DNA of 64,000 nucleotides from Eledone cirrhosa (taxonomy: Eukaryota). Under the pieces are notes generated by a model. It saw only the letters and a list, made by a program, of their open reading frames with translations. It made no database searches and had not been told where the DNA came from. The translations under genes and the position numbers were made by a program. The stretch lies in the NCBI GenBank assembly GCA_964016885.1, contig OZ024741.1, positions 63,922,001 through 63,986,000 on the forward strand, read 5' to 3'. Shown here piece by piece: positions 20,501 to 33,385 of this stretch (the first letter of the stretch is position 1; each line of letters opens with the position of its first letter).

Positions 20501-22016
20501 GCATCCATTTTTTATTTATATTATAGTTTGCAAGAAAATAATTATTCTTTTTTATATTTTGAATCAATTAAAACAATATTTCTTATTTTCTCACCTCATA
20601 ATGATTTCCAGTTACCTTTTAATGTTCTCTTCAGTAAATATACAAACACTGAATTAAGTATTCTTTTTCATACATACAAAATCTTTGCGTTATCAAATTT
20701 CTTGCACTAACTAGTGCCCAATATTTTCCGTCGAAAATATTAAGATATATTTTGGAACTGATATTTTAGCATTTTCAACACAATATTCCTCGAATATTTT
20801 ATTTTAATATCACCAAGTGTTTTGCAATGGGAATAATCAGGAATAATTATTATTAATTATTGCCATTTCAAAATGATTACAATTTCAGAAGCCATATGTT
20901 GGATTCTCAACATGTTCATTGTTCAGTCTTGTAAATGTCAAATCAATAACGGGACAAGTGCAGATTTCGCCATTTTGCTTTTCCTGTTTTTTACATTCAC
21001 ATGAGTCCCCCCTAGACAGACATGTGGTTTAAAGTGTTTCAATATTTTATTCATAGGCTCCTTCAGATAAAAATTGTATGATGAAATTTGAGGGTAAATT
21101 AGCTGTTATTTCAAGCAGGTCAAGCGACCATTCCAAATTTGCGTCGAATGCGCAAAAAGAGCAAGATTCATCCACTACTTTCTGAGCTCAATCTCTCTAA
21201 TGTCAATAAAATATAAGTCAAGTAACAGTTCGAAACAGTCTACTGTACTTCTCCCCATGAATGTATATCACAGTAATAATATGGAGGGAAGGCGATGAAT
21301 TGGCAGAGTCCTTAGATACTGTAGGCACCTATCTGGAGGATTAGACTAAGGAGTTCTACTTCAGTGGTATGCAATCACTTCAGCACCGGCGAAAGAGGCG
21401 TATGAACTCAAAGCGAGACTATGTTGCAAAGTAAAACAAGAAAATACTTGTATATGCCACCGTTTCTTGGATGCTCAAAACTCGTATTCTTCGATATCAC
21501 TTTTTCACTCTCTCTCAGAAATAGGCTGTGTTAAGACCTGGAGAGGGATGGGCTCAGCTTGGTTTTAATTGCCCGCATTTCAGGACGACGCTACTTCTAC
21601 TCTATCAGGAGTTGGACTTATGGATCCATACATATAAAATGAACCAATAGGAGAACCTTGAAGAAATTGCTCCGCTTCCTAAATATATAGCAACTAAATG
21701 TTTGTCAAATTACATGCTGCAATTTTTAAATACGGCACAATGGACAATGTAGTTCTAGATATACGAACGAAACTTGCATGATTAAGAATAATTTTAGTCC
21801 AAACAACAGTAACTACCGATTCATACATGACATAGAGGTTCGTAACAAGAAATTGTTTGCACTTTCCATTTATCGACACAGTGCAATACTAGTTGCTTAT
21901 GATTGTACCATTCCCCCTTTATGAATAAATCTAGTCATTCATTGATAAACAACATTAATAGCAATATCAAGCTTGAAGAAAAGATTCTTTTGCTCAGGAA
22001 TGCTGTAACTTGGGAA

Positions 22017-22332
22017 GTCGCGTAGCTTATTATTTAGGGTGTTCAGTTCACGATCGTAAAGTCGTGAGTTTGATTCCTGAAAGGGCGTTGTTGTATTGAG
22101 CAAAATCCTTTATTCCATGTTGCTCCAGACTATTCAGCTGGCTAAAGAGTATTTTAACTGTAATTCAAAGGGCTAGACATGCCCTTCGCCAAATCACGCC
22201 GGATCACCCTGCTAACTGCGTTATGGTTACATGAGTTTGTAGAATGCTCACCCAGTTGTACCTTTTTTCGATCAGACTGTTCCGTCATTCGAACAACTGG
22301 AACACTCGTGGTCGGTACCGACGGAGATCCAA
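22017..22332 (+). mobile_element. Old tRNA-derived SINE, second family
   Basis: Head gtcgtgagtttgattcc resembles 48711-48830; body is the reverse complement of 2225-2440-like sequence. Confidence 0.55.
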
Positions 22333-23158
22333 CACATATACACCCATGCGTTGTAATTCAACCAGTTTTATTTCATTCGGGTGAAAATGAATATTTTCTT
22401 TACAACACTTCATCATCAATGTCTTTCTACGAAAGGGAATATACTACTTATTGATATAAAACACTGTTAAAATCCTTGTAAGTATGTATTCTTCTTTCAT
22501 GATTGATGTTCAATTATTTCATACGAAAAGCTAACCTAATATATTATTTATTTTCATTCCAATTTAATCTACATTCTAATTATATTCTCATTCAAAGAAG
22601 ACCAAACTGTCAACGTCAACGAGTTTTGAGGCACCTGAGCTTTCTTTCGTTAATTTGTGTTCCTTATTCACAGATTTGCATGTATAGAACAATAGAGCTG
22701 CTATTGCTGCTATTGTTGTTGTTTAGACCCAGGCTAGCTCTTATTGATACAATCTATTTTTTCATAGATTGTGTAGATAGAAAGTCATTATTCAATATGC
22801 GCTTACTTTTCTACAAGATTATATCGTATGAATTTACGGGAATTGATTGCTAGTTCTATCAGATAAGCAGTCATATAGAGGATCTGTCGTAAGCTTGAGG
22901 ATAGTGGATTTTAAGGTGTTGTAGGATTCATCGATTCCTGGTAAACAATAGCGGAAAGAGATTTGACGGTTTGAAACAGTAATCAAAAATTGACAACACT
23001 GAACGCGTTGGGTCACTGTTAGCTTACACATGTTTTCCTTCTTTTCCCACATAGAGGAAAACTGAGATTGGGAGAAAATTAAGATACCCATATGTTTTTT
23101 TCTTGTTTCAAGTCCTTTCATAACAATCAACAATTTTCATAACCTATAAACGTTATTT

Positions 23159-23836
23159 TACGTCCCTTTACGATCTGAGTTCAAATCCCGCCGAGATTGA
23201 CTTTGCCTTTCATCCTTACGGGGTCGATAAAATAAAGTACCAGTAATGCACTGGGTATTTGCTGGCCTTGTTCCTAAAGTAGAAATAATTATTATGTATG
23301 GTGGATTGGCAGTATCGGTAGAGGGTCGGACGCCATGCTTTCCAGCATAGTTACGTCCCTTTACGATCTGAGTTCAAATCTCACCGAGGTTAACTTTGCC
23401 TTTCACCCTTACGGGGTCGATAAAATAAAGTACCAGTAATGCACTGGTTAATTGCTGGCCTTGTGCCTAAAGTAGAAACAATTATTATGTATGTCATTAT
23501 ATTGTATGTCATTATTACGGTCTGAGTTCAAATCCCGCCGAGGTTAACTTTGCCTTTCATCCATACGGGGTCGATAAAATAAAGTACCAGTAATGCACTG
23601 GGTAATTGCTGGCCTTGTGCCAAAAGTAGAAACAATTATTATGTGGATTGGCAGTGGATTTGGCAGTATCGGTAGCGGGTGGGACGCCATGCTTAGAGTT
23701 ACCGCCCTTGCCATTCTGAGTTCAAACCCCGCCAGGGTTGATTTTGCCTTTCATCCTTACGGGATCGATAAAATAAAGTACCAGTAATGCACTGGGTAAT
23801 TGCTGGCTTTGTGCCAAAAGTAGAAACAATTATTAT
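23159..23836 (+). mobile_element. Head-to-tail chain of four main-family SINE copies
   Basis: Consensus recurs at ~23159, 23300, 23516 and 23654; each copy ends agtagaaa.aattattatg. Confidence 0.9.
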
Positions 23837-23984
23837 GACTAGAAAAACAGTTATCATGGCGGGTACTTGGTAAATTAATTCCTCACATGAGAAGTGATAC
23901 AATGGATGATGTGGACACCTGACAACTGCAGTTGGCAACAGGTTGATAAAGAAAGTATGAATATTGTAACCAAAGGAAAAACAT

Positions 23985-24690
23985 TCATTGTGGTAGAATA
24001 CTTGAGCTGCCAAATGGATATTTGATTGTGAACAGAAACTGGAGATGTTTAAAATAATATTTACATCAGTGTTATGGCAGAATATTGGAGGTGATCTTTG
24101 TGATATTTAATTATGAGAGGATTCTGGAAATGGTAGAGGAAATGTGTTACGTTATGGCAGGATAAGGGAGATGGCAGAGACAGAACTTCTATTATGAAAA
24201 TAATTTGAAAATGGTAGAGATGTTATTTACACTATGATACGATACTGAAGATGGCAATGGTAGTATTTACGTTGTGGTAGGATTATGGAGATGTTCAGTA
24301 TATTTATTTACATTACAACAAGAAATTACAGGTATTAGGTGTATTTACACTCTGGCAGGTCACTGGATATAAGGGTTATAATAAGAATTTGGAGATAGAG
24401 GAGTTAATATTTACCGTATGGTGTGATTTCGAAGGAGATCAGACAAGTAATATTTACATGATAGGATAATAAACATGGTCGACATATTGACATATCTCTG
24501 GAGGTGTTCGACCTATTTAAATTATGACAGAATACGAAAGGTAATCGACGTAGCCTTTAGATCATGATAGTTGAGGACAGGATGTTGGACATTGTCGAAG
24601 TAATATATCTTCATAACAGGATGCTGGAAGTTGTCGTGATAATCATTCAATTTGGTGGGATATCTGAGATTGTCAAGGTAATATGTACAT
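23985..24690. repeat. Degenerate ~40-bp minisatellite
   Basis: Recurring taatatttacattatggcaggatactggagatggtagag-like units. Confidence 0.6.
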
Positions 24691-25154
24691 TTCCGATGTT
24701 CTCAATGTAAATGTAACAGTACATTGAAACTGACTTTAAATAATATCTCTCAGAGATCCAAAAGTAAATTAATACCGGTAGTAATATAATTACAAATTGG
24801 TTCTACAGGTGATTATACAATGGAATTCTTAAAAAGTATGATATGATAATTGCTTCACATTATTAAATTTAATTTCTCTTGACAACTGTCTATCTGTTAT
24901 CTCAGTACGTTCAATAATATATCTAGGATCCTATTCAATCTTGTGTCACTCGCTTTTACTAATGCTTTATCAAGAAAACCAGAGTAACCGAGTCAAACCA
25001 ACAACAAACGACTATTTATATTATTTATAATTAATTATCTTAGATTTAAGTTCAAATCTTAGCATGTCTAGTTTGTTTTCATTCTAGGATCGAAAATGCC
25101 AGTTGTAGCAAGGATAAAGTAATTGAGAGAAATAAAGGCAGGCTGAATAATTGT

Positions 25155-25458
25155 CAAATCCCGCCGAAGGGTCGATAAAATAAAGTGCCAGTAATGCACT
25201 GGGATAATTGCTGGTCTTGTGCCCAAAGTAGAAACAATTATTTCATTGACAGAATCGGTAGAGCGTCGGACAACATGCTTAGCGACATAGAGTCACGGCC
25301 CTTAACGTTCTAAGTTCAAATCCCGCCGAGGTTAGCTTTGCCTTTCATCCTCACGAGGTCGATAAAATAAAGTACCGGTAATGCACTGGGGTCGATTTAA
25401 TCGACTTCCCTTTCCCAAAATTGTGCTGGACTTGTGCCTAAAGCAGACACCATTATTT
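25155..25458 (+). mobile_element. Two tandem main-family SINE copies
   Basis: Consensus match. The second copy has the longer ggtcgatttaatcgacttccc subtype insertion. Confidence 0.85.
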
Positions 25459-26429
25459 CATTTCAGATGTCGAAATCGGAGTTGGATTTGATATGTCATC
25501 ATTCAAGGTCTAATTGTTCAAACAGCATTATACCATTTTAGACCATGCTTCAATAATCTACACCGAGTGGTAATATGCTCTATGCAAATATAACCAGAGT
25601 TTGTGAAAAATAATAGTAATCTGAGTAGGAGAAATATGATTTGCTAAAGTTCACAAAATTGCATCAAATCGTATGTTGAGTGTACTAACATTCTAAGTAA
25701 AACTTTACTTCGGAGTGAAAAGATTTTGAAATTTTGCAATTTCCTTTCAGCGACAATGGGCGGTGTCTGAACCATGACATACAAACATGATGACATTTGC
25801 AAACTTCATCAGTTGTAATATTTTTTCTTCCGATAGAAACCCATTCACAGAGATGTGTTGTAAAGAAATTATTCTGTGCTTTTGTATTTTCAATGTATTA
25901 ACATTGGTTTAATTGCAATGTAAATGAACAAGAGAGACTGTTATGTCAAATGTGGTGAGGCTGAAGAAGGTAACTACGTCTGTCGTTATTGTTTAATCTT
26001 AGTGGCAATATCGCAGTTAGTTACTTTTTTACCATACTACCGTCGTATTTTGATATCACAAATACAATTACATCATATTTTCATATTACGAATTCAATTA
26101 CAACAAATAATATCTATATTACACGAATATGTATTCGTTTTGTACAACTCTACCGTAATATAATGTTAAAAACAACATTATACTTGTTGTAATTTTAGTT
26201 CTGAATTTTATGTTTCTGAAGCGTTATTATTTCTTATCAAGAATTTGTTGCAGTCCATGGCAAACATAAACGTTTTAGCCGGCTTTTTTATTTTTATTCA
26301 TCTCAATAGAAATGCGTTAGAGTAATTGCTTCTCCTCTACATCGATCACATTATCAACATATCGTCAACACGACCAGTTTCAATTCACCCCAAACAACAT
26401 TCTATTATAGATCTATTATTTTAGCACTT

Positions 26430-26613
26430 AGGCGGTGGATTGGCAGTATTGGTAGAGAGTCGGACACCATGCTTTGCAGCATAGAGTTACGGTCCTTTAT
26501 GGTCTGAGTTCAAATCCCGCCGAGGTTAACTTTGCCTTTCATCCTTAAGGGGTCGATAAAAAAAGTACCAGTAATGCACTGGGTAATTGCTGGCCAAAAG
26601 TAGAAACAATTAT
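26430..26613 (+). mobile_element. tRNA-derived SINE (main family)
   Basis: Consensus match; flanking tattttagc.cttaggc direct repeat (probable TSD). Confidence 0.88.
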
Positions 26614-28092
26614 TTTAGCCCTTAGGCCTGATCCGGTAGTCCTTTTGTATACCTAGGTTTCTATTTTTCAACGCATCCTTACTTTTTAAGACCATAAGGT
26701 ATGACTCGATGGAGATTTTGGTTGTTATTTCTAGCAGATTAATCAGCAGTATATAGGTTCTTTTATTTGATTTATAAAACGGTAAAACATAATGGCATCA
26801 GAATTATTTATCATTTGTCTCTTGTGGCCAACCAGACTGCATTGAAGCAGACAACAAACAACACTGTCAAAATACTGACTCATTACTTCTGTCAACTTCA
26901 CCGTTATAGAGCTCTGCTCTGCCATGAGTGACATTCAGTCATTTCATACGAAAAACAACTTTATGTATTCATTTATGATTGCCATTCTAAGCCAATTATT
27001 AATCTCAAGATACTCACCTTGCCGGTGGATGTCGGTATGTTTTTGATACTTTAACAGATATAAACAAACATAACCGAAAAGTTAAGAAGTTTCAATCCTG
27101 AAATATTAGGCTCGATCCCACTGAGTGGACTCTTAAGCAAGTTTCTTTTTTTGTTTTTTACAAAAGGTGCGGCTGGACCCAGGTCACGTGAGCAGCAGCT
27201 GATACACAAAACCTGTGCGGATGAATTTTACTAATAATTCAATACATCACTCTGATCTGTTATGAATACATGTCTTGCTGGAATATGCAGGCAGTTGGAT
27301 GGTAATTCAGTGAACGGGTAGTTCAAAAGCTAGAGGCTCATCGTTGTGACTGATGGAAATCCATTTTTTCTTACAACAAAAGCAGACACACACTCTTTAG
27401 CTGACTCATCCGCTGTCAAATATCAACTTTCAGAAAGGAAAGAACACATTGGATAATGTAGTCCCCGATACACTATACCTGAAATAATTTAAAAAAAACT
27501 TTAAGTTTGCTCATCAATGTCTATGGCGTCATTCGCACCATCATCATCGCTGGTGGGACTCCTCAACTGCAGGGGGGGGGGGGGGCTCAGGGCAATTGCC
27601 CCCCATGAAATCTGGCCCTGACTCTACCAATTTAGATAATGGAAAAACAAATTAGATAATGTAGCCCGGCATACTCCCTAAACATTTCAGGATGGCCATG
27701 GCATGAATGATTTTTATCATAGTTCTTCTAGATCAGTGCTCCCCTAGGACTAAACATTAAAACCAAAAGCTTGTACTTCTTAGTCAAAAAGGCATGGGTA
27801 TTATTTGCAACAATTATTTCTTTCTCACATAACTTCAAATTATTCGAGCCAGCGGGGTAAATCTGTATGTAGTCATTCGACATTCTATGAAGAGCAATCA
27901 AATTTCCCCCACCTTCATCAATCTCCTTTTTAAAAAAAATAAATCAGGTTAATTCTAGATAGAATATCGAAGTATTTGATACATTTTCGTCCATCAGTGA
28001 GCGATGAAAACTATGACTTCCACTGCGCAACACTTTAATGAAGAAGGAAGCCTTACTGAGGTTGGGTTATATTAGGTACACTCTGTCTAAAT

Positions 28093-28287
28093 CAGACCTG
28101 CCAACCTCTAAAATCTCAAACGAGGAGTACCATGAAAAGAAGTGCCTCAAAACGGGGATAAATGAGGCAAAATGGGGGGATTTTACATAATGAAATCTAT
28201 ACCTATTTTCACAAGAGAAGACATTTGACAACCACCCCAAAGTGGGTGAGAGATCTCCCTGTCAGACGGGGAGGGTTGACAGGTCTG
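28093..28287. mobile_element. MITE (hAT-like TIRs)
   Basis: TIR cagacctgccaacc / ggttgacaggtctg (13/14 match); no clear TSD. Confidence 0.5.
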
Positions 28288-28435
28288 TGAGATATAAAAT
28301 TGGATTTTCATGTTAGGCTGTCTTCGATCATAATTCTGAGTGAATGAGGTCGACGCGGTGTGGTGTAAACAACAAGAAAAACAACTTAGATATGAAACAG
28401 CTGATCATAAGGCTACTTATTAATTGCTTGTGTTA

Positions 28436-28618
28436 GGGCGGTGGATTGACAGTATCGGTAGCGTCAGACACCATGCTTTACAGCATAGAGTGCCGTCCCT
28501 TTACGTTCTGAGTTCAAATCCCGCTGGGGCTAGCTTTGCCAGTAATACACAGATGTCGATTTAATCGACTTTCCCCTCTACTCAAATTGTTGGCCTTATG
28601 CCAATAGTAGAAATCATT
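28436..28618 (+). mobile_element. tRNA-derived SINE with internal deletion
   Basis: Consensus head and tail; central domain missing. Confidence 0.8.
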
Positions 28619-29137
28619 AAATCCTTGTGTCATTTCCCCAGCTTTAAGTCGATCCATGACTTGTGGGTGAAATATGGTAGGAGGATACATTTTGGACTGT
28701 AATTTTTTTTACCAACGACCAGCTTTATGACACATTGTGTTACACTTAACATCCCTGAAAAATCCGTTAATGGTACACGTGTTTGTGGAATGCTCAGTCA
28801 CTTATACGTTTATTTCACTATATTAATTGCTGCAGTTATTGTTTCGTTCTTACACTGTTTAAGATTATTCTTGAAAGAAAATAAAAAGAAAATTCGTCTT
28901 TCCGAAAATTGATTTCGCTATTTTTAAAGAACAACTAATTTGTCATTAGTTTTTGTTCCATTTGATTTTTGCCTTAGAGAATTAGTGAAATATCTTCATT
29001 TTCTTGATTACATAGTCATTTAGTCATTTCATAGCATCATATGCTTCAGTCATTTACTTGGTTTGACGCATACATACATACATACATACATACATACATA
29101 CATACATACATACATACATACATACATACATACATAC

Positions 29138-29470
29138 ATGGTGGCTGCCAACTCGTTTTCGAGTACGGCCACTACTTTATATCCATGTAGGAGAACCCCT
29201 ACCGATGCGCTAAACGAGTGTGACTTTTTAGTCCAGCCAGCGACTTGAAAACTCTGGTAAAAACACTACACTTGTGACAATTATTGACACATAGTGCTGG
29301 GCCCATGGTACCATGTGACGACAAGTGCAGAGAGATCTCCAGATATAAAGCAATGCCTGTGCCGTGAAGCTTTTATAGTGAGCAAAGGTACTGCACAAAG
29401 CCAGTCCCACTCTCTTAACCAAGATGATATTTACCAAAAAGAAGAATAAGTCAACATCATTGGATACCAT
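29138..29470 (-). mobile_element. Fourth copy of the RTE-derived non-autonomous element, 5'-truncated, in (CATA)n
   Basis: Near-identical to 8834-9165; (CATA)n on both sides. Confidence 0.88.
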
Positions 29471-29543
29471 ACATACATACATACATACATACATACATAC
29501 ATACATACATACATACATACATACATACATACATACATACATT

Positions 29544-29574
<31 letters not shown>

Positions 29575-30546
29575 GTATGTTATTATCTCTTTCTCTTAAT
29601 TTCGAGTATATTTTTTGACCGGCCACCTTCCTGGTGGCAAGGTTGTAAAAGAAAAGAAATTGTCATCCCTTGAATCACAAGAATGTTTTGCAAATTTTGA
29701 AGGTGCCAGCTATCGCAGCCATTTGTAGACTATGAATTAGGGAGCTGCGCTCTTTGTCCGCAAATCCAAGTTCAGTTATACATTGGTGCAAGCAGGTTGG
29801 TATATAACCCGTAGCTCCAATAATGATGGGTATGAAGCTAAATGTGTATCTTGGATACTGGATTTGTAAACTCCTCATCAATGATCCGTAGATGTCCTCT
29901 TTCTCCTGTATTTTTCTGACAACGTTTACATCAAGTGGGCAGCTGATCTCCATAAACAGAACACGTTTTCAATGTGTGGTCCCAAACAACAATATCAGGC
30001 CGGTTGTGCTTTAATTTGGTGGCAGTTTTTATTTTCAAGTTCCACCAGTATTCCTTAGTGCCATCTGTCTCGATATATTCTTCCTCGTTTGTTGTTAATT
30101 TTATTTTCCGAAGTGCGTTCCAGATGGTTCTAGCTATCCCATCGTGTCTCATGAGGAGGTAGTAGCGAGATTACATTATTTCGCATCTGGCAACAATGTG
30201 GCTTACATCTTCGATCTTTGTTTTACATAGCCTTCATTTATTGTCAGCTGATGGCCCTCCTCTTTTGTGCAGCAGATATTTGGTAGGGAGTTCTTGTTCC
30301 TGTATTGAATAGACATATCCCTCAAGGTGTGATGTGATAACCTTGTCGGAACTCAATGCCAGGCTTATGAGTGGTTTATCCCCTCTATGGTCTGTGTTTT
30401 ACGTCTCAAGTATCCATGCACAACTTTTTCTGTAAATTGGTCAATCTTTTCATCTTGTTTGAGGATCTTCCGATTTCTCTGGGTGAGAGATTTATTCCAT
30501 ATCTCTCCTCCAGATCAGTGGCTAACCTAATGATATATTTTTCATC
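29575..30546 (-). mobile_element. Degraded RLE-type (R4/Dong-like) element, 3' portion
   Basis: RHDGIA, EYWWN, HNRPDIVVWD, MEISCPLD; frameshifted. Confidence 0.82.
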
Positions 30547-30657
30547 ATGTATGTATGTATGTTCTTCTGTTTTACCAAGAGAGAGAGAGTCGGTTTCTAA
30601 CATAGATACAAGACTCTCTCATTGGAATTTACACAACATCAACTAGGTAGATATGTA
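30547..30657 (-). mobile_element. ~110-bp 3'-UTR-only copy of the 15.5-16.8 kb RLE family
   Basis: Matches 16713-16835 (atctacctagttgatgttgtgtaaattccaatgagagagtc...gactctctc...agaagaacatacatac). Confidence 0.85.
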
Positions 30658-31387
30658 TGACGTGGTGTGTCTGTATGTGTGTTGTGTAATTACGCATGAT
30701 TATCTAGACGAATCTAAAATTTCATTCTGCTGACATACATAGAGAAAATATTTATATTTACATGTATTTACACATGCATATGTATGTGTGTATATATGCA
30801 CATATGTGTCTATATTAGTTTAAGAGTATGAGCATGTATACATGCGTGCATGTATGTTTACGTAAGTAAACGGTGAGTACACGATCAAGCATTCTTTAGC
30901 TGCCGAAAGATCTTCCTGCAATTAATTCTTTATCAAATATTATTTAATTACAAAATTGTATTTTGTTTTCTGTCGGCAATCTTCCTACATGTAACAACAG
31001 CAAAATATTGTTTAACAACTAAAACATAACGATCAACATCAACATCATCAGAAACCAAGGAAATAACAGTAACGTCAACACATGGAACAATACAAACAGC
31101 AACAAGATGTAGTGGAATGACTGCGAGAATAACAAAACCATATTGTTAAAATAATCATTCCAATACAAATGAAAGAATGATAATATAAAAGACATAAAAA
31201 TAATTGCTTTTAGACAGATATTCTAAAAAATTTATTACGGTAAAAGCAGCGGTATTAATTTATTTTCGTTTAAAGTTTTCAAAACTTTTAAATAGCCTTT
31301 AAATAGTATAGAAGAATTTTACAGCAATAAAGTGGTTATTTTAGAAATTTAAAGCTTTAAAAAATATTTGTTTCTCCAACAAACTTA

Positions 31388-31426
<39 letters not shown>

Positions 31427-31447
31427 CTATGTATGTATATATATATA

Positions 31448-31543
31448 TAGGGTGTCTCAAAAAATGTATACATATTTTGATTGTACAGGCAATATTTATT
31501 AGAATGTTACTGAAGTGCGTATACATTTTTGAGGGACACCCTG
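31448..31543. mobile_element. Tc1/mariner-type MITE (~96 bp)
   Basis: TIRs (t)agggtgtctcaaaaaatgtatac / gtatacatttttgagggacaccctg, flanked by TA. Confidence 0.7.
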
Positions 31544-31623
31544 TATACATAATAGAGTTATGTATAAATACAGATTGCGCAGGCCGAGACTGCACCAACA
31601 TGTATAAATATATATATATATAT

Positions 31624-32093
31624 AGAATAGCTTTCACTGTAATTTTGACTAAAGAAATTTTAGTCTGATAATGGGGTTTAGAACCCTCAGATAAATGGAA
31701 AAAGATGAGTATTGACGTACATGGAAGTCGAACCCACATCTTTGGTTATCCAGACCACTGTGCTACCATTACACCAACACATCACCCATCGCCTTCCATT
31801 CAAATTAGAAGCTACATTCTTAGCGAGTATAAATGACAAGTAAGTATGTTTTGAAACAGTGAGCAGGTTTGAAATTAGAAAATAGAATAGCTTTCACCGT
31901 ATTTTTGACTAAAGAAATTTTAGTCTGATAATGTGGGTTCGACTCCCATGTACGTCAATACTCATCTTTTTCCATTTATCTGAGGGTTCTAAACCCCATT
32001 ATCGGACTAAAATTTCTTTAGTCAAAAATACGGTGAAAGCTATTCTATTTATTAATTTCAAACTTGCTCACTGTTTCAAAACATACTTACTTG

Positions 32094-32097
<4 letters not shown>
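31624..32097. mobile_element. 260-bp-period element with direct terminal repeat plus inverted partial copy, flanked by (TA)n
   Basis: Direct repeats at 31624-31673 and 31884-31933. 31931-32097 is an inverted copy of 31624-31739 joined to 31832-31883. Confidence 0.8.
31713..31783 (-). tRNA. tRNA-like cloverleaf (Gln-like D arm, anticodon GGA, short variable loop) inside a mobile unit; probably not a canonical tRNA
   Basis: Acceptor gatgtgt/gtacgtc, D arm gtgt-aatggta-gcac, anticodon arm tggt-CTGGATA-acca, T arm gtggg-ttcgact-tccat; TTTTT 8 nt downstream. Confidence 0.6.
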
Positions 32098-32136
<39 letters not shown>

Positions 32137-32369
32137 TAAGTTATTCCGGGTTGTGTGTGTGTGTGCAATAATAATAAATGTGGTAGTAGCCGAAATGTTT
32201 GATAAAGTTATATCTGTATAATATAGGGTGTGTAACTGTGACTGCATCAATGTATATAAATATATTCAGAGAAATTCGTATCTTCTGGTATGTCAACAAA
32301 CATCGTGTATACGTAGCCGATCTCTTGGACTTTTACGAATAGCTGAGGATAAAGTTAATATAAAGGGCG

Positions 32370-32592
32370 GTGTGCTCAGGTGCAGACATGTTATAAAATA
32401 GGGTGAAAACCCTTAAAGACGGAAAAAGAAGTTGTCAACGGCCGCTACGTGGAAACTAACCTCATATCTCCCAGATACTGGCTAGGCAATTTGAACCATT
32501 AATCGACCGATGGCAACTTATTTTCCTGTCTTTAAGGGTCTCCACACTATTTTATAAGATACTTTATAGCATCTCCGCGCATGAGCAACACA
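32370..32592. mobile_element. Fold-back/MITE-like element with long imperfect TIRs
   Basis: ttataaaatagggtgaaaacccttaaagacggaaaaagaagttgtcaacggccg (32390-32443) is inverted at 32503-32556. Confidence 0.65.
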
Positions 32593-33174
32593 CCACTATA
32601 TGTGTGAGTGTGTGTGTGGGGGGTGAGGGGGCATATGTTATACGTGCTTTTGTGCGTATGTATTTATACATGTACGTATGTATGTATGTACGTACGTATG
32701 TATGTATGTACGTGCGTATGTACGTATGTATGTATGTATGAAATCTGAAGAACGGCGACAAATCAAGCCCAGTATATTTCTAGCTCTACTGCCTACTTAG
32801 GCTTATTCTGTGGTTTGATTTCTTCCTTTTATGATAGATTCATTCCCTGAATACCAATGGAAAACACATAAAAGCCGTTTTTGCTCGTTAATATTGAAAG
32901 TGGTTGCATTCAGTATATGGAAATGTGGCTTTCTAATTTAATTACTTTTATTTCCCTCGTTGCAAATTAAAAAATAAAAATATCACCTTGGTTTATTAGA
33001 ACATATTGGATACCTTGACAGTCATTCATCTAAATACTGTTGAATTATGCCGCTGGTGTATTTTAAATACCTTTGCAAACGTTTTATAATATACATAACG
33101 CTAGATACATTGTTATCACATATGCATTTTGTAGATTAATTGTGGGGAACCTCATTCCCTTCAACCGAAAGATT

Positions 33175-33385
33175 ATCAGAATTGGTAGAGCGTCGGACAA
33201 CAGGCTTAGAGACATAGAGTTAGGGCCTTTTACGTTCTGAGTTCAAATCCCGCGGAGCTTAGCTTTGCCTTTAATCCTTACGGGATCGATAAAATAAAGT
33301 ACCAGTAGTGCACTGGGGTTGATTTAATCGACTTTCTCTTTCCCCCAAAACATGGTTGGAATTGTGCCTAAATCAGAAACCATTA
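33175..33385 (+). mobile_element. tRNA-derived SINE (long subtype)
   Basis: Consensus match. Confidence 0.85.

Noticed and set aside
21300-21680. Possible exon or LINE relic
   Set aside because: Only faint RTE-like residues; no consistent frame or splice pair.
25850-25960. Peptide resembling a Cys-loop receptor N-terminus (CNVNEQERLL)
   Set aside because: Flanked by in-frame stops and too short to be significant.
27560-27620. G-run plus aaatctggccctg hAT-like end
   Set aside because: No matching left TIR found.
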